Positions 1 through 14,000 of a stretch of 64,000 nucleotides of DNA are shown here, one piece after another. Made by a program: the position numbers and the translations under genes. The stretch lies in NCBI GenBank assembly GCA_964247055.1, contig OZ176052.1, forward strand, positions 1,798,001-1,862,000. Direction: 5' to 3'. Under the pieces are notes generated by a model. The model had not been told where the DNA came from and made no database searches. It worked only from the letters and a program-made list of their open reading frames with translations. How positions within the stretch are numbered: the stretch's first letter is position 1; each line of letters starts with the position of its first letter. The DNA is from Paragordius varius. Its lineage: Eukaryota > Animalia > Nematomorpha.

Positions 1-210
1 TAATAAAAATAATGTAGATACAATTAAAACTGTAAATTTAGCCTGGAAATTAAATAGGATTGGTTGAGAAAAATTTTTATACATACAATCAGATATTAAA
101 AGTTTTCGCTTTTAAAACTTATTTTGAATTCACAAAAGACAGGATTTATCTCAAAAACTTTTAAAGTATGTCAGTGCAATTCAAACACGATATTTTTTTT
201 ATATAACTAG

Positions 211-3200
211 ATTAAAGTATATTGAAATTTTGGATTTGATGGTCAAGGGTGGGGATATTCCTTTAGCTATTACTTTGACTGGTTTTGAAGTAATTATTAA
301 CATTACAATTTTTAATTTCCAAAAATTTTTTTTCAATAAAAGACAAATTATAAATGGAAAATGTGTCGCAAAATATTTATATTATTTCATAGATTTTAGT
401 AAGAGAGGGCGAAACAGACAGCGAAAAAAAGCTTTTTGTCCACCAAAAAATAGATGGCGTAAAAACTAAAAGTGATTCAAGCTGTCCTCCCGATTTCTCC
501 AACAACATTTTGATGAGTTTGTTATTTGCTCTAACGCATGGTTTAGTTGAAGAAATAACCGATAAATTTCGAATAATACAGGTTTTTTTTATTAATTATA
601 AGCACCCATTGCTTTTAAATAAGGGTAGTGTTAAACAAAATAAAAATTATTATTATTTCCATAAAATTATGATTAATAATCAATTTTTTGTTATTCAAAC
701 ATAACATATTATTTTATTTTTTTATTGTAACAAATTTTGATTGAAAAAATGATGATTTAGAATTTTTTTCTATCGCTTTTGATAATATTTAAGAATTTGA
801 GTCATTAAATATTGGAAATAATGTTATTCTCATAAGATGTTTTGTTTAAAAGTGCTGTTTTTCCACGAAAGCTTAGCATAAGAGATTGTCATTACAAAGC
901 TGTCCACCTTATTTGTTTTTTCCAATTTTAAAGGCTTTTATTAAAAATAATAATAAATATTTGGATATAAGTGTAATTGATAGGGGAATCAAATAAAATC
1001 ACTATATCTAAAAATGGAAATATAGTAGGATATTTAGGCATTCATTGGAATATATTTTCGATTTATATATATATTTATATATATATATATATTGTATAGG
1101 GCTTATTTTGCGCTTTCGATATATATATAAATGCAGATACCTTAGATATTTTATTGTATTTATTAATATTTTCTGTTAAAATAAATCATTTTATATATTT
1201 GTCATGTTAGCTTATCCATAATATAGCCACGCTTTACCCTCACCATTTTACACATCCTGGCCAATTTATCAAAATATATAAGGTAGGTTAACTAATTTTT
1301 TTAAATTTTTTTAAGTAAATAATATTTTTGTATAATATTTTATACCGTTTGCAAATATTCATTGACAATTCAAATTCACCCTAAAAATAAATACATTTGG
1401 CTCATTAATAAGAAATATATTCTTTTAGCATAGTTTATTATTTTTTCCGTATTAAATTAATTTTTAACTTAAATTTATTTTTTAAAAATATAAAAAAAAT
1501 ATGCAATTTTTAATCTTAAAAAACACATAATTTATTTTAGGGTGAATATGAATTTTCGGAAGGGTAAATTTGAACTGTAAATGGTATATATTTTAAAATT
1601 TTTAGCTGTTATTGCAAACGTACGAAACGGTGACCCACGAAACGCAACTTACAAAACGCATTAGAATTAATATCTTTCAAATGTTTCAAACTTACATTCA
1701 TTTTTATCATCAATTTTTGGAAAATGAATTTCATTCTAACGCAACTAATAATACCCCTGATCAAATTGATGATAAAAATTTATATTCACACCTCGAAATA
1801 ATGGCAAATATTGATAAACTCATTCTTTACGTATCGGATGATTGTAAATTTTATAATACCAAGTTTGTCGTTTTTATGGTTTTGTTTTCGATCTTTTAAT
1901 TTATTTCCTATAGAGAAATTATGTCAAATATGAAACAATCACAATAAAAATTAAGAATATAAAGAAAAATATAAAGAGTAAAGCTAAATTATTTTTTTGT
2001 AAAAATAAACTATATCTTTTATATCCATGATTATATCCTTCTATTTTACCCATATGATTATAATTGTAATGCATGAAATTTAACTTCTACCCAATTTATA
2101 TCTTTATTTCTTTATTTTCAAACCTCAATATATCTAAAAGGTTAAAACAATAGAGTGTTCTTTTGGAAATTTAATTTTTTACATATTTTTTACATATTTT
2201 TATCCATAAAATTTTATACATATCTATATATACATATATATTTATAGGTCAAATTCAGCTCTCTGCTGCGTTTTTGAAGCTTTTAATGGTATACTCACGG
2301 TTTTAATGGCTCCAAAATATAATTATATCTATACGTCAAATGTTTTAACGGAAACTCTATGGTAAAAATTATTTTTCATTCCTCAAAAAAATTAAAAATA
2401 TAGATTTATATACAAATATAATTAATAATATCTGAACGCAAAATTCTACTTTTAAAATTTATTTAAACTCAAGTAACTCTCTACTACTTGTGTTGATTCC
2501 TTTGATTATTAAACAACATTTTAATTCCCTTTCATAATGAATAATCTAACTTTTATAAATAAGTTTCTTTTGGATTTAATAATCCCATGTATAAAATAAT
2601 CGTGCAAAATTTTTATTTCATTTTTTTTGGTGATATTTAAAAAGTATTTTATATGTTTTGTTAGGAGAGACGTTTGCCCAGCCCTAGCAAATCTTTATAA
2701 TTTACCCAATTATTATATTATTATGAATGGCAAAAATAAAGGATATTCCATCAATATCCCCTCAAGTGATCAAGCTTATTCTGTTCAATATAAGTGTCGG
2801 AATACTGATGTTGATGGTGACACTAAAAGGTTTTTAAACAACACTTTTTAGTACATTGTTTTTTTTTTCATTACATTTTAAAATTGTTTTTTTGAATTGG
2901 AGTTGTTTATAAATAAGTTTTTACCGATATATTTGATTAAAATTAACGTATTCCTAATAACTTTACAAAAATAAGGGCTAAATATAACTTGTTCTTAATA
3001 CAGTAAAAATTGAAGTTATACGGACAAAGCGGAAAAATATAAAGACAAATATTTTTGTTTAAAAGACAACCATATTTTTTTACACCTTAAATTTTTCTAT
3101 ATAAGCTATTTCACAATCAATAATTATAAAATAGATTAGTGTTAGTGTTATATAACTCTATTTCACACTTGGGCCTTAATGAGTTTTTTTGAATCAATCA

Positions 3201-5064
3201 AGATTTAAGAAGTATCATTATTGTCTTTTAGAAAAAAATATTTGTCTTACGTTTTTTCCTGAAGCAAATTATATTAAACTAATCTATTTTATAATATTGG
3301 CAAAGCGATTATAATTATAATAATATATTTCCTCGTTTATTTATAAATATTATAGTTGTTTGGCAAATGATAAACCCATGGTGTGTTGGAATGGGGCAGC
3401 TATTTCAATCCCTGAAAGTCCATTATTTCTTAGGCCAGATTATTATTTTTCAATCAATCAATTATTGTATCACATTTGTCTTTACATTGGGCACACTAAA
3501 GGTGAGTTAATATTTAATTTTTATTAAAATAATTAATAATTTTAGCATTTTTTCCGTAGCTATACAAGTTTTTTGGTAATACACTCTAAGTTTTATATGT
3601 GTTGAATAATTTAAATTAATTACGTTTTTATCGCTTTTTTTGTAAAAATAAGTTTTTTTGATCCATTTTTGTTCAATAATATTTTTTGCACACTAAACCC
3701 GGCTTGAAATGTTTTCAAACGCAAATTGATAATTTTTTACAAAATATAATTTACACGTTTTTTCGATGGAGAAGTTTATATTTGCACATATGCTTATATA
3801 TAAAAAACTTTTTTTTTGGATTTTTTCCCATTTTGCATTTATAACGAACATATATGATACTAATATATCAAATTTAAAAATACGTTTGTCTATATTGTTT
3901 GAAAATTAAAGAATTTAACCCGTTTTTATATTATTATTAGGACAAAATAAAAAGGGTGGAAACACTACTGGTGGGGCCCTCAGTTTAATTTGGCAATCCT
4001 TGATGCAATCCGCTCTCTGTGCACATGCTAATTATTTCAATTCAACTCTATTACCCAATAATGCCAATGTTAATGATTCAAATATAGTCTGCAAAGGTTT
4101 AAAGTTATTCATTGAGCAAACAGTGTGTAATTTAATTGAACCACAAACTTTATACACTATTTTAACTATACATCATCAACATGAGAGTTTCATGGATCAA
4201 AAAATTGAAATTTCAAGAAAAAAAGAATGTTGGTGGTTATATGTTTTGGGAAATGGTATCTATGATATGGATATGATACAAATGTAATTAATTTAAAGCT
4301 GTTTATAACTTTTATTAATTTTGTGATGGTTAAATCACTTTTTATGAACTAACTGCAAAGGCTAGTTTTTTTGATATATTTTTAAAAACATTTACTCTGC
4401 AAGAAGTTTTATGCATATAGAAAATAAAAAATCACATCATCTTAGATATGCATTTGATCGAAAGATTATGGTAAACTATAATCTTAAAGCCTAAGTAAGC
4501 ATTGCCGCAAATTTTTAATATTACTAATCTAGAACCTCAGTGAGTATGTCTCATATTTTCATTTATTATTCCTTTTAAAAAACTAATAAATAACGGTTTT
4601 ATAAGCCCGTTATATACATGGAAGAGCGCCTCAAATTAAAATGGCTGCAAAATTAGGAGTAATCTTTAGGTTATTTTGAATGATTACAGCCAAATAAATC
4701 ATATTTTTGTTGTATTTTATTTTACAAAACAAATCTTTTTTAAGATCTTTTTCCAACAATCTTATATTATTATAATACACATTTTTTGCACCCTATTACT
4801 ATATTTTTAACATACACTAGGTTAATTCAATTCATATATGTCGTTTGGAATACGATATGTCAATTTCGTAATCCTACCCCTATGTTATCATGTGACAAGG
4901 TTCAGTATTCTTTCTTAAATGATTCAATTATACATTTTTGTCATCGTTTATTGTTATCCCTCCAGTCAATTAAACACAATTTGGATGGAATTGAAATATT
5001 AGGTATACTATTTCTTTCTTTGCATTCAAAAAATAGAATTTGTGTTTAAGTGAAAGTTAAAAAC

Positions 5065-5097
<33 letters not shown>

Positions 5098-8000
5098 CCA
5101 AATGATCAATGCATATAGATTATAAACTTTATCCGTAATTTAACCATTCAAATGTCCTCTTCTTGTTTTGCAAGTAAAATTTAAAACGAAATGATATAAG
5201 AAACATGTAATTAGGAAATCAAAACTCATACTTTTATGAAAACCTAATTCATAGTTTAATAGCACATAGTGATTTCAATAGTTTGTTTAGATAACTTTTT
5301 TAAACATTTTTTTTAATATATACCAATTACAACATTAATACTAAGTTATCAATCTGTAAGGTTGACTTTTATGTAGACTCATCAAACTTATTTATATATA
5401 CCATTTAAACTGAAATTCACTTTCGAAAAAATTTAAAATACAACCTAAATAAATTATGTGTTAGTTAATATTATAATCCTATATTTTTATAAAAATAATA
5501 TTTTGTTTAAAATTATAACATAATACAGAAAAAATATTAAACTATAAACGGACTAAACAAATATTTTATATTAATGATGAGATATATTGGCCCATTTGTA
5601 GGGTGGTGAATTTAAATTGTTCAAGGGTGAATTTGCGAAATTTTATATATATACAATTAAAATTATTTATTGGTAGAAAATACAGCATGTCAAATCAATA
5701 ACCTGAACAATGATTATAATGTTGATATTCAAAATACAAGCTCGTTTAACGATAGTAATCAAACATCTTTCGATACCGAATCGCATTATGAAACACCATC
5801 GGACACCAATGTAGAAATTGATAATGGTAATATCTTAACAATATCTAATAAATCTTAATGTTGCTTTTATAAATACATTTGAAGACTAATTTTTTGTTTT
5901 TTATAATTTTATACAAACAATACTATGAAATTTCGTAATCAGTTTTTTCGGAAGATGATTTATTTAAACACATTAAACAGAGGAGTAAATAAATTTTGAA
6001 ACTTTTTTATAAAATAGTTTTCACTTGCTATAATAGTTATAAACTAATAAAATATTAATTGAAATAAATAGCAAATTTAAAAATATTAGCAATCTTAGTG
6101 ACTAGTTTCGAATCCTAAAAATAGGATTCATTTTCAAGCCGATTATATGTGTGCGTAATAATAATTTGCATTCATTTACAACTATAAAAATAATTTAAAA
6201 TACTGTAAAAAAGATATACATATGAATTAATATTTAAAATATAATTGTGCTTAATTATAAAATCTTTCCACGATGCATTTATAATATATCTCCATCGTCT
6301 CTATATTTAAAATATGATTGTACTTAATTATAAAAACTCCCCACGATAGATTTATGATATATCCATCGTCTCCCGGTTTAAATTATCAAACCGATATCAT
6401 ATAAATTTCAAACAATTTATTTTATGTTTAACATTTCTATATAGAAATTGACTTAGCTACTATGGAGGACGCATCAGTTTGTAAGCCGCCAAATGGAGAC
6501 AATTTTAATGATAAAAACATCGATAATTTATTTGACAAAAATCACAAAATGAAATATAAAAATTCATCTAATGATTTATCTAGCAATAATACTGCTCTTT
6601 CTCGAGGAAATGAATTAAATTCTATTGATGGTAATAATTATAATAATATTGAATCATCGGAAACAGAGGAAGATATATGCGATATCTTTGATTTTGGAAC
6701 TCAGCTTTCAAATCATGAAATTACTGGTGTCATTAGGACTTTAAATGGTAATTTTAACTTTTCAACTATATGTGATAATTTAATATTTTTTGTATTTCGT
6801 TTTATATATGGGTTAAATTCTAATTTTTGCCTAAATTCTACTTTAGTGTATTAACACAGATCATAACATTATTAACCGATTATTTTAACAACACTGAATT
6901 ATAATAAACTATATTGGTAAATTAAAAATCTGAAAAGGTAGGCACATATATAACAATTAGTAATAGAAGTATGTGACATTTATTGTTAATTTAAATTATT
7001 ACAACAAACAACACTATTTATTCTTAGTGTTTTTTTTACCCGACGCTTTAATATTAGATTATAGCGACCATAATGAAAATAAAATTAACACTGATGAAGT
7101 TAATGGGGCAATTTTCACGGAAATATCTTTGGAACCTGAATTAAATAACCAATCATTAAATTTTGGACAAAAATTACATCTCACGTTGACACAAGGTAAA
7201 GGAAAAAACAAGCTTATGAATGAAGAAAGGGTATTTACTTACTTTTGTATATATATATATATATTTCCACGTTATTTTTACATTAGTTTTTATTAATCAT
7301 ATCATATAGATATTTGATATCACCTAAAATAATTTGAGAAATTTTATCGTAAATCAGTTTTGGTAAATAAATAATGTAAAATTTTAAACATATGTTTAGA
7401 ATATATATATAACTACATATAAAAATAAAAATAAATCTTAATTATTTTCAATTTTAATTTGTTTATTATAATTATATATTATTTTAGTTGATTTAATTGT
7501 TTTTTTCCAATTAGTTTTAATCTATATAGTTCCGATTGTGATATATTTAACCACTATTTCCATTGACTGCCATTAATAAGCATTCTAAATGAAATGAATA
7601 TAATTTTTCTGGGCGGTTCTATTTTATATATAATTATATTTATAAAACCGAAAAAAAAAACAATAATTGAAAAAAAAATTACTTTTTTTGTGCAACAGGA
7701 AATGGAAATAAAAAGTCATTTGGTGACAAACCTTCTCACTCAAATACGTATTCGTTTGTGTCATCCAGAAACCGGAATTTTAATGCATTTAAGGTCGGGT
7801 GTTGAAATCGATTTGGCTATAATACAGTTTAGTTCGCAATTCTATTCTCAATATCATGGTATGAAACGAAAATATATATGTGTTTTAGCAAATGCTCGAT
7901 TAAAATAGTATTTTTTGGGGGTAAAGAAGTGAATGGGTTGGTTTACTTTTTTCACGCGTTATAATAAGAAGAAAATATTGCAAAATGCGATAAACAGCTG

Positions 8001-11000
8001 ATTTTTATCCATATTTTGGTTATATAATTTTACCAAAATACAAAAACCCTATATAGCAATTTTAAATAAAATCTTTTTTTAAATCAGCGCTCTTAACTAT
8101 TATTGATTATATATTACAAGAAACTAATTTTTATATAAATTTGGTATATTTTGAATATAATTGTGTATCTTTTCAGTTTTTTAAATTATTTTGTTTTAAA
8201 AAATTTATCAAATATTTTAGCCGAAAATTTTTACATAATTCTAGGATTTTTGGCTTTTATATATATATATATATTAAATTTATTAGTGTAATAATGTTGC
8301 ATGGATATTTGTGTTGTGATGCCATGTTAAATTTCCTTCCTTTTGTATTCCTATTGTCTGTGATTGTCTTATATGTATCAGGTATTATAAACTTTTTTTT
8401 CAAATATTTTTATTGAATTTTTCCTTTTTTTTATAATTCACTTTAAGATTTTTATTCAATAAATTTATTAAAGGCCTTTGGAAATTATAACTTTTACATT
8501 TTTTTAAAAATATCTATAAAATTGTATTTATTTAAAAAAATGGTTTATTTTGCCATTTTTTTGTAATCACCATCTTTAATTTTATGGATAAATTAATTTA
8601 CGGACTTTTTAATTAAAAGTTGTTTTACCTATTTGAATTATGAATAACCTTTGAAATGTTTATAAATCTACCAAAATATATAATCCTATTTTAATTATTT
8701 TTTTAGTTTTCGAAAAGGATGAATTCTTCGAACATAACTTAAATAAAAATGAAGTGCAAAATCATCTCTTTAATGCGGATTTTATATATTTTGCAACATT
8801 TCAGGCGCTATGTTTGGATTACATTGTACAAAAATTTAATACCGAAGGAAACGTTTTAACACAAGATGGACTGGTAATTGGTTTATAGCTTTATATAAAT
8901 TGCAATTATATTTCATATCAGTTTAAATTATACAAATACAATATATTTGTGATAGAGCTTAAAAATGTTTAAATATATATATTAACTTTTTTATATATTT
9001 TTGGTTAAAATTCTGTTTAATTTTACCAAAAATTAATTTTAATCCCTTCCCCAACTAATATACATAAAAATTAATTTATAACATTTTTTAATTAATATGC
9101 AATTACAAGTTATTTTAAAATTTAATATTTATTAAATATTAATTTTATAGTTGAAAGAATTCAAGCAAGCTTTCAAATGTGATTCATTTAACATGGTATA
9201 TACTGAATGTTGGATTCCTCAAATATTTGCCAACATTGTTAAACAACCCATTATTTCCTTCACCATGGATAATGATACCAAAAAATCTAATCTTATCAAT
9301 TTCATTAAAGGTAAATTAAAGCTTATAGAAAAAAAACCCTTTTTACCTAAAATATGTCTGAAATTTGCCATTTTTTACCGAAATACCAACGCTTGCTATT
9401 AAAAATGTGTTTTAATAGGTCTATTATATTAAAAGTTCTCATTTGTACATTAATATAACTGAAAATATGTCAGAAGGCATATGATTGATAAATATTTTAG
9501 GGAAAGAAAATTTTTTTGAACTGTTTTCACAAAAATTTATTAATGAATGCTATAATTTCAAAATTAACAGATATCCATAAATACGTATAGAAATTGGAAA
9601 AATACATAATTACTGTGAGGCTGATATTTTTAGGTTTTATCGGATATTTAAAAATATCTGGGAACATTGCTTTTTTTATCATTTCCTAAATTAGATTGCG
9701 TAAATAGCGAAAGGTTTGGTTTAAAATCAACTTCTACTGGTAATAAAGATCACGAATGTTTTTGCACAAATTTTACCCATTCATATCGAGTATTATGTCA
9801 AACAATCAATCCTAACTCACATTGCGACAACACTCTCGAAGATGGTATGTTTCAAACAATTTTAGCGGTTTTTATTAAGTATAGTCTCCAGGGGTGTCCA
9901 CAACGCGCCCCGCGGAGTTTTTGGAAATCTTTCAAATTAACACGGATTTCATAATTCGCAATAATATGGCTCAATATATCATCGTAAAATTCTAACAAAT
10001 TTTCAAAACAAGTCTTTTCAATATTAGCAACAAACTAGCAGAGCAATGGCACTTTGATTTTTTCAACAGTAGTTTTATGTTTGAAATCTAATTAAATATA
10101 TATTAATTCCCATGAATTATCGAATGCGACCCGCGCGAAGCCGTTTGTGTTGGACACCCCTGATATAGTCAATTAAATGTTTTTTTATACATGTTAAATT
10201 TGCCCTTTTATATATATATATTTATATTTTTTAATTTAATTCTAGGTCATCACGATCGAAAGAAAATTTATGCCAAATTTTTAGATCAGTTCTTTAAAAG
10301 TGCATGCGATGCTAAAACATTGGGGGGTATCCTAGTACCCAATCGTAAAAACAGCCTTAACAGTCACATCAATAATCATATTATTAAAGACAAGGAACAT
10401 GTTTTAAATATCCTCATTAATATGCTGTATTTAGAAGCGTCGGCCTTATTTCAAGAAAATTACTACAACGGAAATATTAATTCTAGAAATATATTATCAC
10501 AATCCTTCTTACCAAGGCAATCATCAGATAACTCTTATTTGATTCTTTTATTACGGAAAATTGAATCAAATTTTATGTTGGTCCAATTAATTGCACAATG
10601 TGGTAAAGCTTTACATTTTTTTAAAAAAATTGCGAATAAGTAATGTTTTAAGCAAATATATTTTGCTAAGCATGGATACAATTTATTTTTTAATTTATTC
10701 ATTTATTTTAACATTCAACATTACTTAAAAATATTGATTTTAGCCTAATATAATTATTTTTGTCACAAAAAATAAATTTTAGGTGACATATTATAAAAAA
10801 TCTCTTTTTTTCGTTTATTATTATTAGATTACATGGATCATTTATGTTATATGGGTAATATGTTTGCTACAATACTTCAACAATTTGTTCAATTTTTCTC
10901 CACCATTAATTTGTATGATATGGGGTATGAATTCAAATAATATTATATTTTCAAAAAGAGAAAACAATAGAAATATATCAAATTACAATTTTGAAAAATT

Positions 11001-14000
11001 GAATTTTATTAACTTTACTAAACTGCTCATCTACATTTATTAAAATCAGAAAAGATATTCGGTTGTTTTAAAATATTAAATGCCAATTTAATTCTTTCAA
11101 TATTCTATTATGAGTATTTTATTTTTCTTACAGCATTAATATTATATTTTTCCTTAATTTTCAAATAGATTGGATATTAATTCCGCCGCCTATCCATTTA
11201 TTTTTGATGGACAAGTGTTACTTAAAAGACTTGCTAATCGTAAACTACTCAAAAAATTTTTGTCAAAACATTACACAAAAAGTACTAAAGAGAAAGAGTT
11301 TCAATTTAAACAAAAATCTCAAGAATGCCGCTTGAAACAAACCCATGAGAATATACGAACATCTACGACGAATGGTAGAAAAACTTTTGATTTAACTATA
11401 CTGCCTATTGGTTTATACATTTTATATGGAATACAAAATACGACCAGTAAAATATTTATCTGTAAATCCATGCAAGATTCACGTTTATGGTCCCATGTTT
11501 TTAGGTTATTTTTTTTTAATTTTATCTAATTTTTTTATTTTTTTTTCTAAAAAATTAATTCTTTGATACTATACCGTTTATATTGAGCTAAATTTAAAAA
11601 TAAGGATATGCAATATTATTGCGTTAAAATTTAAATCTTTTCCCTACAATTTTTTTTTCTGTATTTTTCGTTAATTACTAACACTGGCGTTTCTAAAATA
11701 TATATATTTATTATTTATAATTTCTTGTATTTATCTGGAAAAAATTTCATGCGTAATCATATAATATAAAATTATTTTTTTGGTTTTAAGATGTAATAAT
11801 GCTATTTTTAAACATTCTTTTTCCCAATTCTTCAATAGATTTTATGGAATGATTGTTCGGATAAAAGCCTTTTTTGAAATGCCAAGTACGCATTTAGAAC
11901 CATTTGTTAAAGATGTAAGGCAAATTCTGTGCCCTCATCAAAAAAATGACGATACCAATGAAAATAATAGGTAATTTTATTATTAATAAATAGCATTTTA
12001 AATATTAGGTATGGAATTTTCAGATGAAATTTTATTTAAAAAATTGAAACAATAAAATTTTATTTTTTATCTCATATTTACAGCCATAATTTACATTGTA
12101 TAGGAACAAATTAAGAGACTTAGAATATTGGTGTCAGTTTTTATTTTAAAGACAACTTTTTACACAAAAAACCTGCTAAAAATTACAGTTTGGCATTTTA
12201 ATGGTTGCTTATTTCACTTTATAGTAAGGCAATTTGCAACACACAGTAGTGTATGGAAAAAACAACAAAATGTTGAATAAACAATTCTTTTTTCAATACG
12301 CTTTCTTTAATGTCAAATAAGCAACCATTTAAAGGCATCAACTATATATTTCATGTTTTAAGATAACTTTTATTTTTTGATATTTCCAATATTTAATCCA
12401 TATACTCACAAATCTTTGTAGAAATGGAAATAAAACTCAACCCACAAAAATAAGTGATATCAATACTTCAAATACTGATTCCACATTTTTTTATGATACA
12501 CTGTTTTCACTTATAAAGTTTGGCAATGAATGTACCCTGCAAGATTTATCCTACAAAAATTTTATGCATTGGATATATAATTTAGATTCTGTTCATGATG
12601 AATTCAAATCGAAATCATCACCTCATAGCACTAATAATAATAATAGTAATAATATAAATAAATTTCCATTTCATCTTTTCTCACCTGCGATTAATGCCCT
12701 TTTCAACCAACTTAACAAGTATTTATTTTGGATTTCGCTAAAATTTGGACAGCTAAAATTGTTTGATTGTGCTTTAATTTTAATTGGGTTGTTTTTTATT
12801 TTCTTTTATTTTGTGGTATCGAAGATAATCGTTTAAATATCGGGTATTCAATACGCGCATCTCCGAAATATTTTTACGGCCTACTCGTGTCAAAAAATAT
12901 CAAACAAAAAATTATTTTTGCTTAAACTTTTAATTGAAATATCTTTTCCCACATTTTGGCAATGAACTAACAAAAATTGATATTGAATGGTAGTTATATT
13001 TAACTTTTTGATTCGAATTTTAAATTGTAAATAATCCCGCTTATAATTTACATGGTTACATTTGTTTATATTAAAGATAACCGGATAGCTTTTTTATTTA
13101 GGAGATAAAACAAACGATATTATTGGCAATTCAATTCAGAGCTGTTTTAACATGATTTTGAATAATTGTTGTGTATAAAAATGTGTAGCATAAATAAAAT
13201 CTTATCATTATTTTCCAGTCAGTCAATTATTAAATGTTAATTTTTTCATTTTCCTTTCCTTAGAGTTCTTCAAGATCTTTATATTGGGATTGAGTTTGAA
13301 AAATTACTAATTTTGGGTCAATCACTGCATTCATATGCCTTGTTTCATATACAAGCTTACCGGGATAAATATACAATAATCAGCAGAAAGGGTATTTATT
13401 CTATAATTTTGTTTTCAATAATTATTCATTTTCATTTTTTTTTATATACCATTTACAATAAAATAAATTATGTGTTTTCGGGCTAATATAACTCATCATT
13501 AATAATAAATATATTCTTATAACATAGTTTTTTATATTTTTTCGGTATTATATTAATTTTAAACGTGATTTCATTTTTTAAAAATATTTTAAATAAAGGT
13601 AATTTTTAATCTTAAAAACATAATTTATTCGTAGGTGTATTCGAATTCTTCGTGGGTGAATTTTAATTGTTGAAGGGTGAATTTGAACTATAAATGGTAT
13701 ATAACTGCTTTATAAAGCACTTAACTACTACTAGAAACATCAAAATCAAAGCCAAATGCAGTTAATGAGAATCGTGTGCAAGGTCATTCAAAACAACCTT
13801 TAAAAATGGAAAAATATTTTGATTTATACCATATAAAATGGATCATCAGTCAAATATATGAGCTTTTACATCAAACACTAAAATCGGGGAGACCGTTGAT
13901 ACAAATCATGAATGTTTGGCAAAATTTTTATCTTAAAACGATGAAACAGGTTGGAAAGAATTTTGAGCGTTTTTTTATAAAAATAATAATAATTAAAAAT

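Noticed and set aside
4000-4287. ORF ending ..DMDMIQM* as the last exon of a separate gene
   Set aside because: The TAA falls in a GTAATT donor (4284). Splicing to 4821 continues in frame, and peptides on both sides match successive parts of BIG3.
4590-4740. Highly conserved intron-10 block with small hairpins as a snoRNA
   Set aside because: No complete C/D or H/ACA box pair was found, and the conservation may just reflect the recent duplication.
8294-8381. Signal-peptide-like MLNFLPFVFLLSVIVLYVS followed by a GT donor in intron 15 (nested gene?)
   Set aside because: Copy B (46300-46376) has non-triplet indels that change the phase, and no downstream partner exon was found. T-rich DNA readily yields hydrophobic peptides.
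9889-10162. GC-rich hairpin-like segment as tRNA or other ncRNA
   Set aside because: Bounded by CAGGGGTGTCCA TIRs typical of hAT-Charlie MITEs; no cloverleaf or A/B boxes.
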